Assembly (NCBI GenBank): GCA_000146045.2
Contig: BK006938.2
Span: 1,312,001 to 1,376,000 of the forward strand
Reading direction: 5' to 3'
DNA length: 64,000 bases
Origin: TPA_inf: Saccharomyces
Lineage: Eukaryota
The notes beneath the pieces were generated by a model that was given only the letters and a program-made list of their open reading frames with translations, was not told where the DNA came from and did not search any database. Each line of letters begins with the position of its first letter. Position 1 is the first letter of the stretch. Shown in pieces: positions 50,878 through 63,700 of this stretch. A program made the position numbers and the translations under genes.

Positions 50878-52902
50878 ATGGTTGTAGTGGGTAAGAGTGA
50901 AGTGCGCAATGTAAGCATGAGTAGGCCGAAGAAGAAATCATTGATTGCCATCCTGTCGACCTGTGTTTTGTTTTTCCTCGTGTTTATAATTGGTGCTAAA
51001 TTTCAATATGTTTCCGTTTTCTCCAAATTCTTAGATGACAGGGGGGACAACGAGTCACTTCAATTGCTCAATGACATAGAATTTACAAGGCTAGGACTGA
51101 CACCTAGGGAGCCAGTAATTATCAAAGACGTAAAGACAGGGAAGGAGAGAAAATTACATGGACGGTTCCTTCATATTACCGATATTCATCCTGACCCTTA
51201 TTATGTGGAAGGAAGCTCTATTGATGCAGTTTGTCACACAGGAAAACCAAGCAAAAAAAAGGATGTGGCACCCAAGTTTGGGAAGGCAATGTCTGGATGT
51301 GATTCTCCCGTTATTTTAATGGAAGAAACTCTGAGATGGATTAAAGAAAATCTTAGAGATAAGATTGATTTTGTCATTTGGACGGGTGATAATATCAGAC
51401 ATGACAATGACCGGAAACATCCAAGAACAGAAGCACAAATTTTTGATATGAACAATATCGTTGCTGATAAAATGACAGAATTATTTAGTGCTGGCAATGA
51501 AGAAGATCCAAGAGATTTTGATGTGTCTGTCATTCCAAGTCTTGGAAACAATGATGTCTTTCCACATAACATGTTTGCACTAGGACCAACTCTACAAACT
51601 AGAGAATATTATAGGATTTGGAAAAATTTTGTTCCGCAGCAGCAGCAAAGAACTTTTGATAGGAGTGCTTCATTTTTGACTGAAGTTATTCCAGGGAAGC
51701 TTGCTGTCCTGTCAATTAACACGCTGTACTTATTCAAGGCCAATCCGTTAGTTGACAATTGTAATTCAAAAAAAGAACCAGGTTACCAACTTTTACTTTG
51801 GTTCGGTTATGTATTAGAAGAACTAAGGAGTAGGGGAATGAAAGTATGGTTAAGTGGACATGTACCTCCAATCGCAAAAAATTTCGATCAGTCGTGCTAC
51901 GATAAGTTCACGCTATGGACTCACGAATACAGGGATATAATCATTGGAGGATTATACGGTCACATGAATATTGACCACTTCATCCCAACGGATGGTAAAA
52001 AAGCTAGAAAATCGTTATTGAAAGCCATGGAGCAATCCACTCGTGTTCAACAAGGAGAAGACAGTAATGAAGAGGACGAAGAAACTGAATTGAATAGAAT
52101 TCTGGATCACGCTATGGCGGCAAAAGAAGTTTTTTTAATGGGAGCGAAACCATCTAACAAAGAAGCATATATGAACACCGTCCGCGACACATACTATCGG
52201 AAAGTGTGGAATAAGCTGGAAAGAGTGGATGAAAAAAATGTTGAAAATGAGAAGAAAAAGAAAGAAAAGAAGGACAAAAAAAAGAAAAAGCCAATCACTA
52301 GAAAAGAGCTCATTGAACGCTATTCCATTGTGAACATAGGTGGTTCAGTCATTCCAACTTTCAATCCTTCCTTTAGGATCTGGGAATATAACATCACCGA
52401 CATAGTGAATGACTCCAATTTTGCAGTTTCGGAGTATAAGCCCTGGGATGAATTTTTCGAGTCACTAAATAAGATTATGGAAGACTCTTTGCTAGAAGAT
52501 GAAATGGACAGCAGTAATATCGAGGTTGGGATCAACCGCGAGAAGATGGGCGAAAAGAAAAACAAGAAGAAAAAGAAAAATGACAAGACTATGCCAATTG
52601 AGATGCCAGACAAATACGAACTCGGCCCTGCATATGTACCGCAGTTATTCACTCCGACGCGTTTCGTCCAATTCTACGCCGACTTGGAAAAAATCAATCA
52701 AGAATTACATAATTCATTTGTTGAATCTAAGGATATTTTCAGGTATGAGATAGAATATACCTCAGACGAGAAACCATACTCAATGGATTCGTTAACAGTA
52801 GGAAGTTATTTGGATCTTGCAGGCAGATTATACGAAAACAAACCTGCATGGGAAAAATACGTCGAATGGTCATTTGCGTCTTCTGGATATAAAGATGATT
52901 AA
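50878..52902 (+). CDS. PPN1: Vacuolar endopolyphosphatase Ppn1/Phm5 (calcineurin-like metallophosphoesterase), 674 aa
   Basis: N-terminal signal-anchor (LIAILSTCVLFFLVFIIGA) and metallophosphoesterase motifs (HITDIHPD, GDNIRHD, GNNDVFPHN, SGHVPP). A Lys-rich insert is present near residue 460 and again at 560. 674 aa. Confidence 0.85.
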   Translation: MVVVGKSEVRNVSMSRPKKKSLIAILSTCVLFFLVFIIGAKFQYVSVFSKFLDDRGDNESLQLLNDIEFTRLGLTPREPVIIKDVKTGKERKLHGRFLHITDIHPDPYYVEGSSIDAVCHTGKPSKKKDVAPKFGKAMSGCDSPVILMEETLRWIKENLRDKIDFVIWTGDNIRHDNDRKHPRTEAQIFDMNNIVADKMTELFSAGNEEDPRDFDVSVIPSLGNNDVFPHNMFALGPTLQTREYYRIWKNFVPQQQQRTFDRSASFLTEVIPGKLAVLSINTLYLFKANPLVDNCNSKKEPGYQLLLWFGYVLEELRSRGMKVWLSGHVPPIAKNFDQSCYDKFTLWTHEYRDIIIGGLYGHMNIDHFIPTDGKKARKSLLKAMEQSTRVQQGEDSNEEDEETELNRILDHAMAAKEVFLMGAKPSNKEAYMNTVRDTYYRKVWNKLERVDEKNVENEKKKKEKKDKKKKKPITRKELIERYSIVNIGGSVIPTFNPSFRIWEYNITDIVNDSNFAVSEYKPWDEFFESLNKIMEDSLLEDEMDSSNIEVGINREKMGEKKNKKKKKNDKTMPIEMPDKYELGPAYVPQLFTPTRFVQFYADLEKINQELHNSFVESKDIFRYEIEYTSDEKPYSMDSLTVGSYLDLAGRLYENKPAWEKYVEWSFASSGYKDD

Positions 52903-53071
52903 GTTAATATACACATAGAAATGCATATCATTCTTCAATTACAGTTTCTTTTTCTTTTGTTACACTATTCTTTCAAGTCAATTTCATAATAATACAAAAC
53001 CATCTTTCTTATCATATATAGGGTGATGTATTTTTAATTATTTAATAGGGCCTAGCGTTATCGTGCGAAGA

Positions 53072-53662
53072 TTAATTATTGGCATTTTTGAAATACTCCT
53101 TGGAATCTTTAACGTCAGGTTTGATGGTGGCGGCTCCTGGGGTCCAGTTGCATGGCAAAACTGTACCATTTTTGTCAGTCCACTGGAAACCTTCGACTAA
53201 TCTCAAAGCTTCATTGACGTTTCTGCCAACAGATAAATCATTGATAGTGATATGTCTAATGATTCCCTTCGGGTCGATTATGAACAAACCTCTTAAAGCT
53301 ATACCTTCTTTTTCAATCAAAACGCCATAGTCTCTGGATAAGGAATGATTCTTATCAGCAAGCAAAGGAACTTTAACTGGACCTAATCCACCGTCTTTTC
53401 TGGGAAGGTTGGTCCATGCCAGTAAGGAATATTCAGAGTCGGTGGAGGCAAATAAAACTTGGGCGCCCTGATCTTCGAATTTCTTGGCGGCATCGGAAAA
53501 CGCAACAATCTCAGTTGGACAGACAAATGAAAAAGCCAATGGGACAAAAGCTAGAACAACGTACTTACCTTTATACTTTTCCAGTGAAATTTCCTCGAAG
53601 ATACCGTCGACTACGGCGGTTTTCTTAAATGGTGGGGCTTGTTTTTGAACTTCTGCTACCAT
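53072..53662 (-). CDS. TSA2: Typical 2-Cys peroxiredoxin Tsa2, 196 aa
   Basis: Peroxidatic Cys motif FSFVCPTEI and resolving Cys near the C-terminus ([11 protein letters not shown]). The native start [20 protein letters not shown] is the 16th codon of the track ORF, giving 196 aa. Confidence 0.88.
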   Translation of the reverse strand: MVAEVQKQAPPFKKTAVVDGIFEEISLEKYKGKYVVLAFVPLAFSFVCPTEIVAFSDAAKKFEDQGAQVLFASTDSEYSLLAWTNLPRKDGGLGPVKVPLLADKNHSLSRDYGVLIEKEGIALRGLFIIDPKGIIRHITINDLSVGRNVNEALRLVEGFQWTDKNGTVLPCNWTPGAATIKPDVKDSKEYFKNANN

Positions 53663-53925
53663 GATTGGTTTTTTACGTTCTTGTAAGGCTAATATATTCT
53701 TGAGCAAAAAACAGTAATAGTGTTCACTTTGGATATTTCAAGATAAACAATGTAAGTAGCAAAAAACAATCGAAATTACAAAATATATTCTTACAATCGT
53801 CTGCTCTAAATACGTTAATCTAAATCTCATCCATAGTTGATCCTTGATTACTCGGGTAACAAACACCTTAGCAGATGTGTAAGAGAAAGGAGAGCCTCGC
53901 CCGCTCCTAAACGACGCCAATTGTA

Positions 53926-53979
53926 AGGGGGGATCAGCCCTTCCAACCCCCAATGACTAAAACTTGTAAACTAGAGGGG
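53926..53979. promoter_or_regulatory. Stress-element cluster upstream of TSA2: AGGGG (STRE) at 53926-53930 and 53975-53979, plus Yap-type TGACTAA at 53954-53960
   Basis: Motifs read directly 265-320 bp upstream of the TSA2 ATG. TSA2 is a known oxidative and general stress-induced gene (Yap1/Skn7 and Msn2/4), so the motif types fit, but exact site usage is an inference. Confidence 0.4.
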
Positions 53980-54263
53980 CGCATATAGTTAAGATAATCA
54001 GATACTGGCCCAATATGATATTGTCTAGATCTTGAGGATGACCAACCAACAGATTCCTGGCCACAGTATCCGTGGTCATTGATTTTGGCACTTGGAAATT
54101 CAAGAGATGGTTCTAGTCGTCGTAGCGCTTACTAACAAAAAAAACTAGCATAAGCCCGTTGAGAACTTTTACACTATATTAATTGAATAATTGGACGTTT
54201 TGTCGCTTTGCGACAGCACTCTCCTACCAGGTACATACTTAGTAATGTCTATATAGGGCTACA

Positions 54264-54827
54264 TCATTTTTCTGCAAAGATAAAATCCTTCAATTCCTTG
54301 TAGGCCTTGTCCAAATCATCATTGACAATAACTTTGTCATGGGCACCTGTCTCAGCATATGCCAATTCAGCTTGAGCGGCGCTTAACCTCTTGTTGATGG
54401 ATTCTTCGGTCTCCGTACCTCTACCTTCTAATCTTTTTTTCAAATCCTCGACCGATGGTGGAGCAATAAACAAAAACCTGGCATTTAACTCTGGGATAGC
54501 CTTGACAGATTTGACACCCTGCATATCAATATCTAAAATACAAGTCTTACCAGATTTACTGACTTGTTTGACGGAAGCGACAGTACTACCATAGTAGTTA
54601 CCGGAGAATTGCGCCCATTCAATGAATTCATTGTTCTTAATCATAGATTTGAATTCATCTACGGAGACAAAGTTATAGTCCTTACCGTTTACTTCGCCAG
54701 CTCTTGGGGTTCTAGTAGTGGATGAAACACTAAACCCGAAAGAATCTGGGTATTCAGCGAACAATTTCTTCAACAGTGTAGATTTACCTGTACCACTTGG
54801 GCCAGAAATTACGATAGGACGGGACAT
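54264..54827 (-). CDS. GUK1: Guanylate kinase Guk1, 187 aa
   Basis: P-loop GPSGTGKST at the N-terminus (MSRPIVISGPSGTGKSTLLKKLFAEYPDSFGFSVSSTTR), the GMP-binding SVSSTTR motif, 187 aa. Confidence 0.9.
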   Translation of the reverse strand: MSRPIVISGPSGTGKSTLLKKLFAEYPDSFGFSVSSTTRTPRAGEVNGKDYNFVSVDEFKSMIKNNEFIEWAQFSGNYYGSTVASVKQVSKSGKTCILDIDMQGVKSVKAIPELNARFLFIAPPSVEDLKKRLEGRGTETEESINKRLSAAQAELAYAETGAHDKVIVNDDLDKAYKELKDFIFAEK

Positions 54828-55484
54828 AACGCAAAGGTTTACTAATCTTTATCCGAAGTAAACTGTAGTTATCAACTAAAAAGAAACGCCATTGTGTATC
54901 CATTTATGCTAAATGTATTTTTTTTTTTCTTTTTTATGTGTTTCCAAGCTTTTTTTCGAAATTTGGAATGTACCGATGAGTACGGTTGCTATTAGCATCG
55001 ACGCCGCCGGAAAGACGCATCACATATTTCGAGAACCGAAACTTCCTGTCGATATAACCTACACTTCAAATAGCTATCATTTCGAATCGTCGCAGTTTTG
55101 ACAATCACATTTATACACTTACTGTCGTTTTTTATGTAAAGGCTGTGAAAATTTCACCTTATTAATGCTTATAGAGCAGAGTTTAGGATGAATTTTGCAT
55201 TGTAGCCTGCCGTGAGCACACACAAGGAGTAGCAGAGCAGTAGTCTTGCCAAAGGATTATGACAGATGATATACCTTGCACAAACGTGATAGCAAGGAAC
55301 TGCAAAAGTTGATATCGAACAATCATTATTCACGGTGTGACTTTTTCTGTTTCCGTTGCTTTTCTAGCTACTCTAAGATAAAGGGCACCCAAGATTGACA
55401 AATAGTTGTAGATTAAACATAGATTGCAAGCAGTGAAATTCAGAGGATAATCTTTTATCGCTGTCAGTACATACCATATGAAAA

Positions 55485-57386
55485 ATGCTATCCAAGGTAT
55501 TGCTGAATATAGCTTTCAAGGTGCTGTTAACCACCGCCAAGAGAGCAGTTGATCCTGACGATGATGATGAACTTCTACCTTCCCCGGATCTCCCGGGTAG
55601 CGATGACCCTATTGCAGGTGATCCTGATGTAGACTTAAACCCTGTTACAGAAGAAATGTTCTCTTCATGGGCATTGTTCATTATGTTGCTCCTATTGATC
55701 TCTGCATTGTGGTCTAGTTACTATTTAACTCAGAAACGAATTAGGGCAGTGCATGAAACTGTGCTTTCTATTTTTTATGGTATGGTTATTGGCTTGATAA
55801 TAAGGATGTCCCCCGGGCATTATATTCAAGATACGGTTACTTTTAATTCATCCTACTTTTTTAATGTTCTATTGCCGCCAATTATTTTAAATAGTGGGTA
55901 CGAGTTGAATCAAGTGAACTTTTTCAATAATATGTTATCTATCTTAATTTTCGCCATACCGGGCACCTTCATATCTGCTGTGGTTATTGGAATCATATTG
56001 TATATCTGGACCTTTTTAGGACTAGAGAGTATTGACATTTCATTCGCAGATGCAATGTCTGTTGGTGCTACATTATCTGCTACCGACCCTGTTACAATTC
56101 TTTCAATTTTCAATGCGTATAAAGTGGATCCTAAGCTATATACCATCATTTTTGGAGAATCACTGTTAAATGATGCCATCTCTATTGTTATGTTTGAAAC
56201 CTGTCAAAAATTTCATGGTCAACCTGCAACATTTTCGTCGGTTTTTGAAGGGGCAGGCCTCTTTTTGATGACTTTCTCCGTTTCGTTGTTGATAGGCGTT
56301 CTTATAGGAATTCTTGTTGCTCTTCTGTTGAAACACACTCACATAAGGCGCTATCCTCAAATTGAGAGTTGTTTGATCTTGTTGATTGCTTATGAATCCT
56401 ATTTTTTCTCCAACGGTTGCCATATGTCCGGTATCGTCTCCTTGTTATTTTGCGGAATTACTTTAAAACATTACGCCTATTATAACATGTCAAGAAGATC
56501 ACAGATCACCATTAAGTATATTTTCCAACTATTGGCAAGATTATCAGAGAATTTCATCTTTATCTATCTAGGTTTAGAACTTTTTACTGAAGTAGAACTA
56601 GTCTATAAGCCACTGCTAATTATTGTGGCAGCTATTTCTATATGTGTTGCTCGTTGGTGTGCTGTGTTCCCATTGTCGCAATTTGTTAACTGGATATATA
56701 GAGTAAAGACAATCAGATCTATGAGCGGCATAACCGGAGAAAATATTTCTGTTCCCGATGAAATACCCTACAATTACCAAATGATGACATTTTGGGCAGG
56801 TTTACGTGGTGCTGTTGGTGTCGCCTTGGCGTTGGGAATTCAAGGTGAGTATAAGTTCACTTTATTGGCAACGGTCCTTGTTGTTGTTGTTTTAACAGTT
56901 ATCATTTTTGGGGGCACTACTGCAGGAATGTTAGAAGTTTTAAATATTAAGACTGGTTGCATAAGTGAAGAAGATACATCTGATGACGAGTTTGATATAG
57001 AGGCTCCAAGGGCGATAAATTTATTGAACGGTAGTTCTATTCAGACAGATTTGGGCCCATATTCTGACAACAATTCTCCAGATATTTCAATTGACCAATT
57101 CGCGGTCAGCAGTAACAAGAATCTCCCCAATAACATATCCACAACTGGTGGTAATACTTTTGGAGGCCTTAATGAAACTGAGAATACTAGCCCTAACCCG
57201 GCAAGGTCTTCTATGGATAAGCGTAATTTGAGAGATAAACTGGGAACAATCTTTAATTCCGACTCACAATGGTTTCAAAATTTTGATGAACAGGTATTGA
57301 AGCCAGTATTCTTGGACAACGTTTCTCCATCCTTACAAGATTCGGCTACGCAATCACCTGCAGATTTCTCTTCCCAAAACCACTAG
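55485..57386 (+). CDS. NHX1: Endosomal/prevacuolar Na+(K+)/H+ exchanger Nhx1, 633 aa
   Basis: Polytopic membrane protein with a CPA1-family core (LFFNVLLPPIILNSGYEL; ATDPVTILSIF) and a hydrophilic C-terminal tail. 633 aa, N-terminus MLSKVLLNIAFKVLLTTAKRAV as recalled. Confidence 0.88.
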   Translation: MLSKVLLNIAFKVLLTTAKRAVDPDDDDELLPSPDLPGSDDPIAGDPDVDLNPVTEEMFSSWALFIMLLLLISALWSSYYLTQKRIRAVHETVLSIFYGMVIGLIIRMSPGHYIQDTVTFNSSYFFNVLLPPIILNSGYELNQVNFFNNMLSILIFAIPGTFISAVVIGIILYIWTFLGLESIDISFADAMSVGATLSATDPVTILSIFNAYKVDPKLYTIIFGESLLNDAISIVMFETCQKFHGQPATFSSVFEGAGLFLMTFSVSLLIGVLIGILVALLLKHTHIRRYPQIESCLILLIAYESYFFSNGCHMSGIVSLLFCGITLKHYAYYNMSRRSQITIKYIFQLLARLSENFIFIYLGLELFTEVELVYKPLLIIVAAISICVARWCAVFPLSQFVNWIYRVKTIRSMSGITGENISVPDEIPYNYQMMTFWAGLRGAVGVALALGIQGEYKFTLLATVLVVVVLTVIIFGGTTAGMLEVLNIKTGCISEEDTSDDEFDIEAPRAINLLNGSSIQTDLGPYSDNNSPDISIDQFAVSSNKNLPNNISTTGGNTFGGLNETENTSPNPARSSMDKRNLRDKLGTIFNSDSQWFQNFDEQVLKPVFLDNVSPSLQDSATQSPADFSSQNH

Positions 57387-57789
57387 ACTTTAAAGTGTAT
57401 GGTTTCCTTGTTTCTAATATAAATATATTAATTAAGTCTTTATACATTCTCTCTTACTCAACGCCGAAGGAATACCCTTCTACACTTTATTCATTTTAAA
57501 TCATGTACTGTTATATACACGCTAGTAGGATTGATCTTATTTAATCATATTTCGCACGTTACCCGACTGCTTTCAGTTTTGCCGCTTTGTGATAATGAGG
57601 AATTTCAGCTAGCTTTTAATGAGCCGATACTAAATCACCATGATTTTGGGAGAGGAAAAGAAGAAAAGGTAAAACAACGAATATTTTTCAAATACCTTAG
57701 TTACTGAATATCCATAACTACTCGTATAATTGGTGAGAAAATAGTGCATATTTAGTTTACTTTTTGCCTTTGATTGAAAATATATATTC

Positions 57790-60700
57790 ATGGTGCTTTT
57801 TACTCGGTGTGAAAAGGCAAGAAAGGAGAAACTCGCCGCTGGTTATAAGCCCTTAGTTGATTATTTGATTGATTGTGATACTCCCACATTTTTAGAAAGA
57901 ATTGAGGCAATCCAAGAGTGGGACCGATCCAGAGATGATCTTTATGTTTGGATTCCCATTCTAGACAGAATGGACGGGCTGTTGTTAAAAGTGGCAGAGA
58001 AATATAAATACAAGCAAGACCCCAAGAAGGAGTGTGAAGTCAAATTGGTGGAAATGGAAGCGCATGATGTTGATTATTGTTTGAAAATGCTAAAGTTTAC
58101 TCGTCGACTACTTCTAAATACAGAAAACAGGTTTGTTTATTCATCTGGAGATGTTTTAATGTATCTACTGAATTGTCCGAATTTTACAATAAAACTAGCG
58201 GTCATGCGAATTTTAGCCATTTTAGGGGAAAGGTTTGTGATTGCGAGAGAAAAAATAGTTGCACATAACATATTTGGAGATCACAACCTCAGGAAAAAAA
58301 CTCTCAAACTAGCTTTATCTCTGTCATCTTCCGTCATGGATGAAGACGGAGAGCACTTTTCTCTTGTCGATCTATATTTTGATAAGAAAAAAGTGCCTCA
58401 AAAATGGAGAAAGTTGAGATTTACACATTATACTTCAAACGACTTTAAAAAGTCAAGCCAGCAAAAAAATAACATTAATGAAACCCAAACTTCCATTAAG
58501 AAGGTAACTATGACGACCCAAGAACTGTGTGAACACTCACTACAGCAAATATTTGATAAGGGTATGGCCCTTTTACCCGCAGAAAGTTGGTTTGATTTCT
58601 CAATAAAAGCTTCGGTGGCGAAGGCCTTCAGTGATGATTCAGGTGAAAATATAGATTTGAGAAATATAATTATTGAAACAAAACTGAATGCTATTGCATT
58701 TGTTAACACCATTTTCTCGCCTCCTCAAGTAAGCTCGAAGTTATTTGAATTAGATCCGTATGCTTTTAATAGTCTAACTGATTTGATATCGTTGTCTGAA
58801 ACCAAAATACCAAAAGAGCTAAGAACGGATGCTTTATTCACATTGGAATGTATATCCTTGAAGCATGTCTGGTGCTCAGACATTATCAGAAATCTCGGTG
58901 GTAACATATCGCATGGTCTGTTGTTTCAGATTCTCCGTTACATTGCCAAGACATTGAGAGAAGCGACAGACGAAATCGATGAAGAATATAATGTGAGGTT
59001 CTTTTACTTGATATCAAATTTAGCTGACGTTAAGCCTTTGCATGAATCTCTTTTCGCCGCGGGTTTAATACCTACTTTATTGGAAATTGTATCTATAAGA
59101 AATTGCCCATATAAGCGTACCCTCGCATCTGCTACCCATCTCCTAGAAACATTTATAGATAACAGTGAAACTACCACTGAATTTATCGAAAATGATGGGT
59201 TTACTATGCTGATCACTTCAGTCGCCAATGAGATTGATTTCACGCTTGCACATCCAGAGACGTGGCAACCGCCAAAATATTCAGTGGTTTATTATTCAAT
59301 TTCTTTTAGGGAGTTGGCATATATTAGAAGTTTATTGAAACTCGTTCTCAAATTATTAAGCACAGACTCAGGGGATAGAATTAGAAATTTAATAGATTCG
59401 CCGATACTTGTTTCATTAAAGAAAATCCTAGAAAATAAACTTGTATTCGGTTTAACATTAATAACTTACACTCTGGATGTAGTTCAGAAAGTAATAAATA
59501 GTGAGCCTACTATTTATCCTGTTCTGGTTGAAGCAGGACTTATTCCATATGTTATCGATAATTTTCCAAAGTTAATTGGGCCTTCCGCCGAATTATTAAG
59601 TTTACTTCCAGATGTCGTTTCTGCCATATGCTTGAATCCAGAAGGGCTGAAGCAAGTTAAAGAAAAGGGTCTCATAAACAATTTGTTTGATTTCTTACTC
59701 GATGCTGACCACGCGCGTATATTAACAGGTGGAGATCGTTCTACGGAATATGGTACTGACATTGATGAATTAGCAAGACATTATCCAGACTTAAAGGCAA
59801 ATATCGTGGAGGCTTTGTGTAACGTCATCAGAAAAATGCCAAGTACCTTTAGAAATGAAAGAGAGTTTCTTTTTACTTCACCAAAAGATCAAAAGTACTT
59901 TTTTCACAGAAAAAATGAGGAAATATTGACAGATAAAGAGGAACATGAACCTGCATACTGGGAGCTATTAGATAAGGGAACTATGCTGGACACATTTACC
60001 AGTGTTTTGTTTGGTATGTCTTTAGGAAATGGTTCTTTTTCACAGGTGCCACAACATCTGGAAGCGAGAGATTTTCTGGCAATAATATTTATGGAAAATC
60101 CTCCTTATGAATACTTTACCTCCGTGGCAATCTCAAATGTTACTGAGGTCCTCCAGTATCTGGATGAAAAATACGAAGACTACGCATTCATGGATGTTAT
60201 GAAAGTATTGAACGATCAATTGGAGAACCTGAATGATTTTTTGAATAGTCCAAATGATAGAAGTTTCTTTTTAGAAAGAGATGGGGAAAACTCGGTGCGT
60301 TCATGCCATTCAAAACTTTGTCGACTTGCCGCTATTTTGAACATTGTTACGAATGTATACATTGACCTCACTACCTTATCTTGTAAGAGAATCATGCAGA
60401 TCTATTCTTATTTTGACAAAAGAGGATTTTCTTTAATTAAAAACTTAAAGTTGCTATTCCAGAAATGTGCGTTGGAGGAAATGTACATACGCCAACATAT
60501 GCCAGATTCTGTTATTACAGAAACAATGCCGTTGCCTATAGTGGATGTTTCCGGAGATGGACCACCACTTCAAATTTATATCGATGACCCAAAAAAGGGT
60601 GATCAAAAGGGGAAAATTACCAGCGTAAAAACGAGAAATACTCTTCAAATGCGAACAATACTGTATACATTACAATCAAATACTGCAATTCTATTTCGCT

Positions 60701-63700
60701 GCTTTTTAAGGTTAAGCCACTCTAGGAATATGGATCTAGAGCATAAAGATTTGACGACAGAAGTTCATATATTTGAGAACGTTGTTGAAAATGTTATTGA
60801 AATGTTGAAGGCCACCGAACTCGAAGGTCATCTACCGTATATTCTCGTTTTATTAAACTTCAACACCTTTGTGTTTACTATTCCAAAGGCTTCCCCTAAT
60901 TCCACTGAAATATTACAAACAATACCGGCTTATATTTTCTATCAAAAGGGGGGCTATTTACTTTATTTGCACATTATAAGGGATCTCTTTACGAGAATGA
61001 CAAAAATAAAAGATTTATCCTCACTTGATAACATAAACTACATAGATGAGTCCAACGGTATCCTAACCTTAAGCTGTTTAATTAATGCTCTCACCTTTTA
61101 CAACAAATCAATGCAAACTGAAACCATGGAGAATGTCCAAAGTATTGGTAAGTATTACGTTTCAATAGATGACGATTATAATATTATGAAAGCTTTAACA
61201 GTTCCTATTAAGGTAATGGCTCTCGCAATGATTTTAGATTTGGATAAATCGGATAGCCTCTTCAAGACACAGTCCCGTAATGTGCCTTACTCAGTTTTCA
61301 AGCAACTTCTTAGTATGCTCAAAAATATATTCACTAATGTGAACATCTATACCAAGGAATTATATGAATTGCATTGGGACCTAATATTCCCACCAATTAA
61401 AAAAATTAGCTTGTTTGAGCAAGTCGGCATTCCCGGTGATGTTGCGGCAAACTATTTAACAGATACTGGTGATGATCTTCCTGCAGATAACAGTATTGGC
61501 CTGTTTTCGCCTGAACAATGGGAAAAATATAAAAAATTAATCGGTGAAGATAAATCCATCTACTATCCACAACCAATGCAAGCTCAGTATTACAAAGGAT
61601 GTTCCTCAAAAGAATTAGATGAGCTGAGAGATACCTTTTTCAATGACGGTTTACCATCTAGGATCTTCACTGTACTCCCTTTCTATCCTAAACTTGTAAA
61701 CGCGTTTGCAAAAACTTTGCTACAAATTTTTACGAAATACGATGAACCCACTGAAGTGTTTGCTGGTAGAATCTTAGATCGAATTTTAGAGACAGATCTA
61801 GATGACCCTGCTACTTTATCTTCCTTAATCCATTTATTTGGTATATTCCTGAACGAGAAATATATTTATCAAAAGGCTTCGCATTTAATGCAAAGGTTCA
61901 TTGAATATCTTGAGAAGTCTCTGAAGCCAGAACATGTTAATACGCCTTGGTTTTCGAAAGCTCTTTACGTTTACGAAATTATACTGGCGAAATCTGAGCT
62001 TCCACACCTCGAAGAGCTTTCCAAGGATGTTCTTCTGAGATATCCATTGCTTTCCATGGCGAAAGTCTTTCGCATACCAGACCCTATGAAGCAGAAATTA
62101 TTTGACATACTGATCAGAGTTTCTGATATTTCCAATTTTTATTCTGCACTGGCAACATCACGCATACTTATTTTCTACTCTAGGGATGAGTTGTATGCTA
62201 ACAACATAGCTAGATCGGGAATATTATCTAGATTGTTGAAAGTAATTGGAAGTTTCCAAAAACTAGACAAAATAAACTTTTTAGAGTCATCTTTCCTTTT
62301 ATTAACCAGGAGATGTTTTGAAACGACTGAAAATGTTGATGCTTTAATACGTGCAGAAATTAATAGAAGCTTTACAGCAAGACCGTTAGGTGGTGGGGAT
62401 GATGCTGTACGTGAGTTAACCACTATTCTAGAAGAAAAGGCGCATGTGGTCATGCGTAGTCCCTCTCAATTTATTGACGTTCTTTGCGAAACAGCTCGGT
62501 TCCATGAATTTGATGATCAAGGTGCGTTGGTTGATTACTCATTGAAAAGATTTCTTGGTGAAAAAGATAAGAATACGCAAGCCTCAAGTACAGAAAAATC
62601 AGATATCTACGAGAGAACGGGGATCATGCATTTATTACTGTCACAACTTATGGCTGCTTCTGAGAAAGACTGGTTGTCTGAACCGGCCAACTCCTCGGAT
62701 TTGCCTGAGAACAAAAAAGCCCAATTGGACCCATCAAGAAATCCTGTATGTGCTTACATGATTTTTCTTTTGAAGCTTTTGGTCGAGTTAGTTAGCAGTT
62801 ACAATCAATGTAAATTTGAGTTCTTAACTTTCAGTAGAAGAAACACATATGCAGAACGCCCCAGACCAAGAACAACTGCTATTAACTTTTTCCTTTATAG
62901 ATTATTAGACAAACCTGTCGGAACTGACCACGATAAGCATGAAGCTAAAAGAAGAGAGGTTATTGGAATGCTAGCACGTTCCGTAATTATTGGTTTCTTG
63001 GCTACTGTTCAAGATGATAGGACGACCAAGACTGACGTCAAGCTTGCTGATCCTCACATGAACTTTATTAGAAAATTTGCCATTGAAGCGATTATAAAAG
63101 CCATTCGCAACGCCACTTCCTCTTCTAAACTTTTGGAAAGTAATCATTTAAAGTTAGATATGTGGTTTAGAATCATTACATCGATGGTTTATGTCCAGGC
63201 TCCATATCTTCGCCAACTACTTGATTCAAATAAAGTTGAGGCAGATCAGTACCAATTGTGCAAACTGGTTATAGACCTCGGTCTTCCGTCAGTTATCACG
63301 GAAGCCATGGCCAGTATAGACTTAAACTATCCTTTTTCCAAAAAGATTTTCAACGTCGCTGTTGAAGCTCTAAACACAATTAGTTCGACAAGGAACAATT
63401 TTTCTGAGCACTTCAAAATTGAAGATCATGATGAAGTTGAAGACGAGGTTGACGAGTCTGATAAGGAAGAGATCCCGGATATGTTCAAAAACTCAGCGCT
63501 GGGAATGTATGACGTAGAGGACATTGAAGAAGACGACGATGACGACACATCATTAATTGGAGACGATGATGCTATGGCATTTGTTGATAGTGATAACGGA
63601 TTTGAAGTAGTATTTAGTGACGAAGATGATGATATGGGAGAAGAAGATGCAGATGATGCTCGTTCAGATTCGGAAGAAAATGAATTATCTTCTGAAATGC

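Noticed and set aside
55373-55681. 102-aa minus-strand ORF overlapping the NHX1 start (YDR455C-like)
   Set aside because: Antisense overlap with the strongly supported NHX1 CDS; Ser/Gly-rich low complexity.
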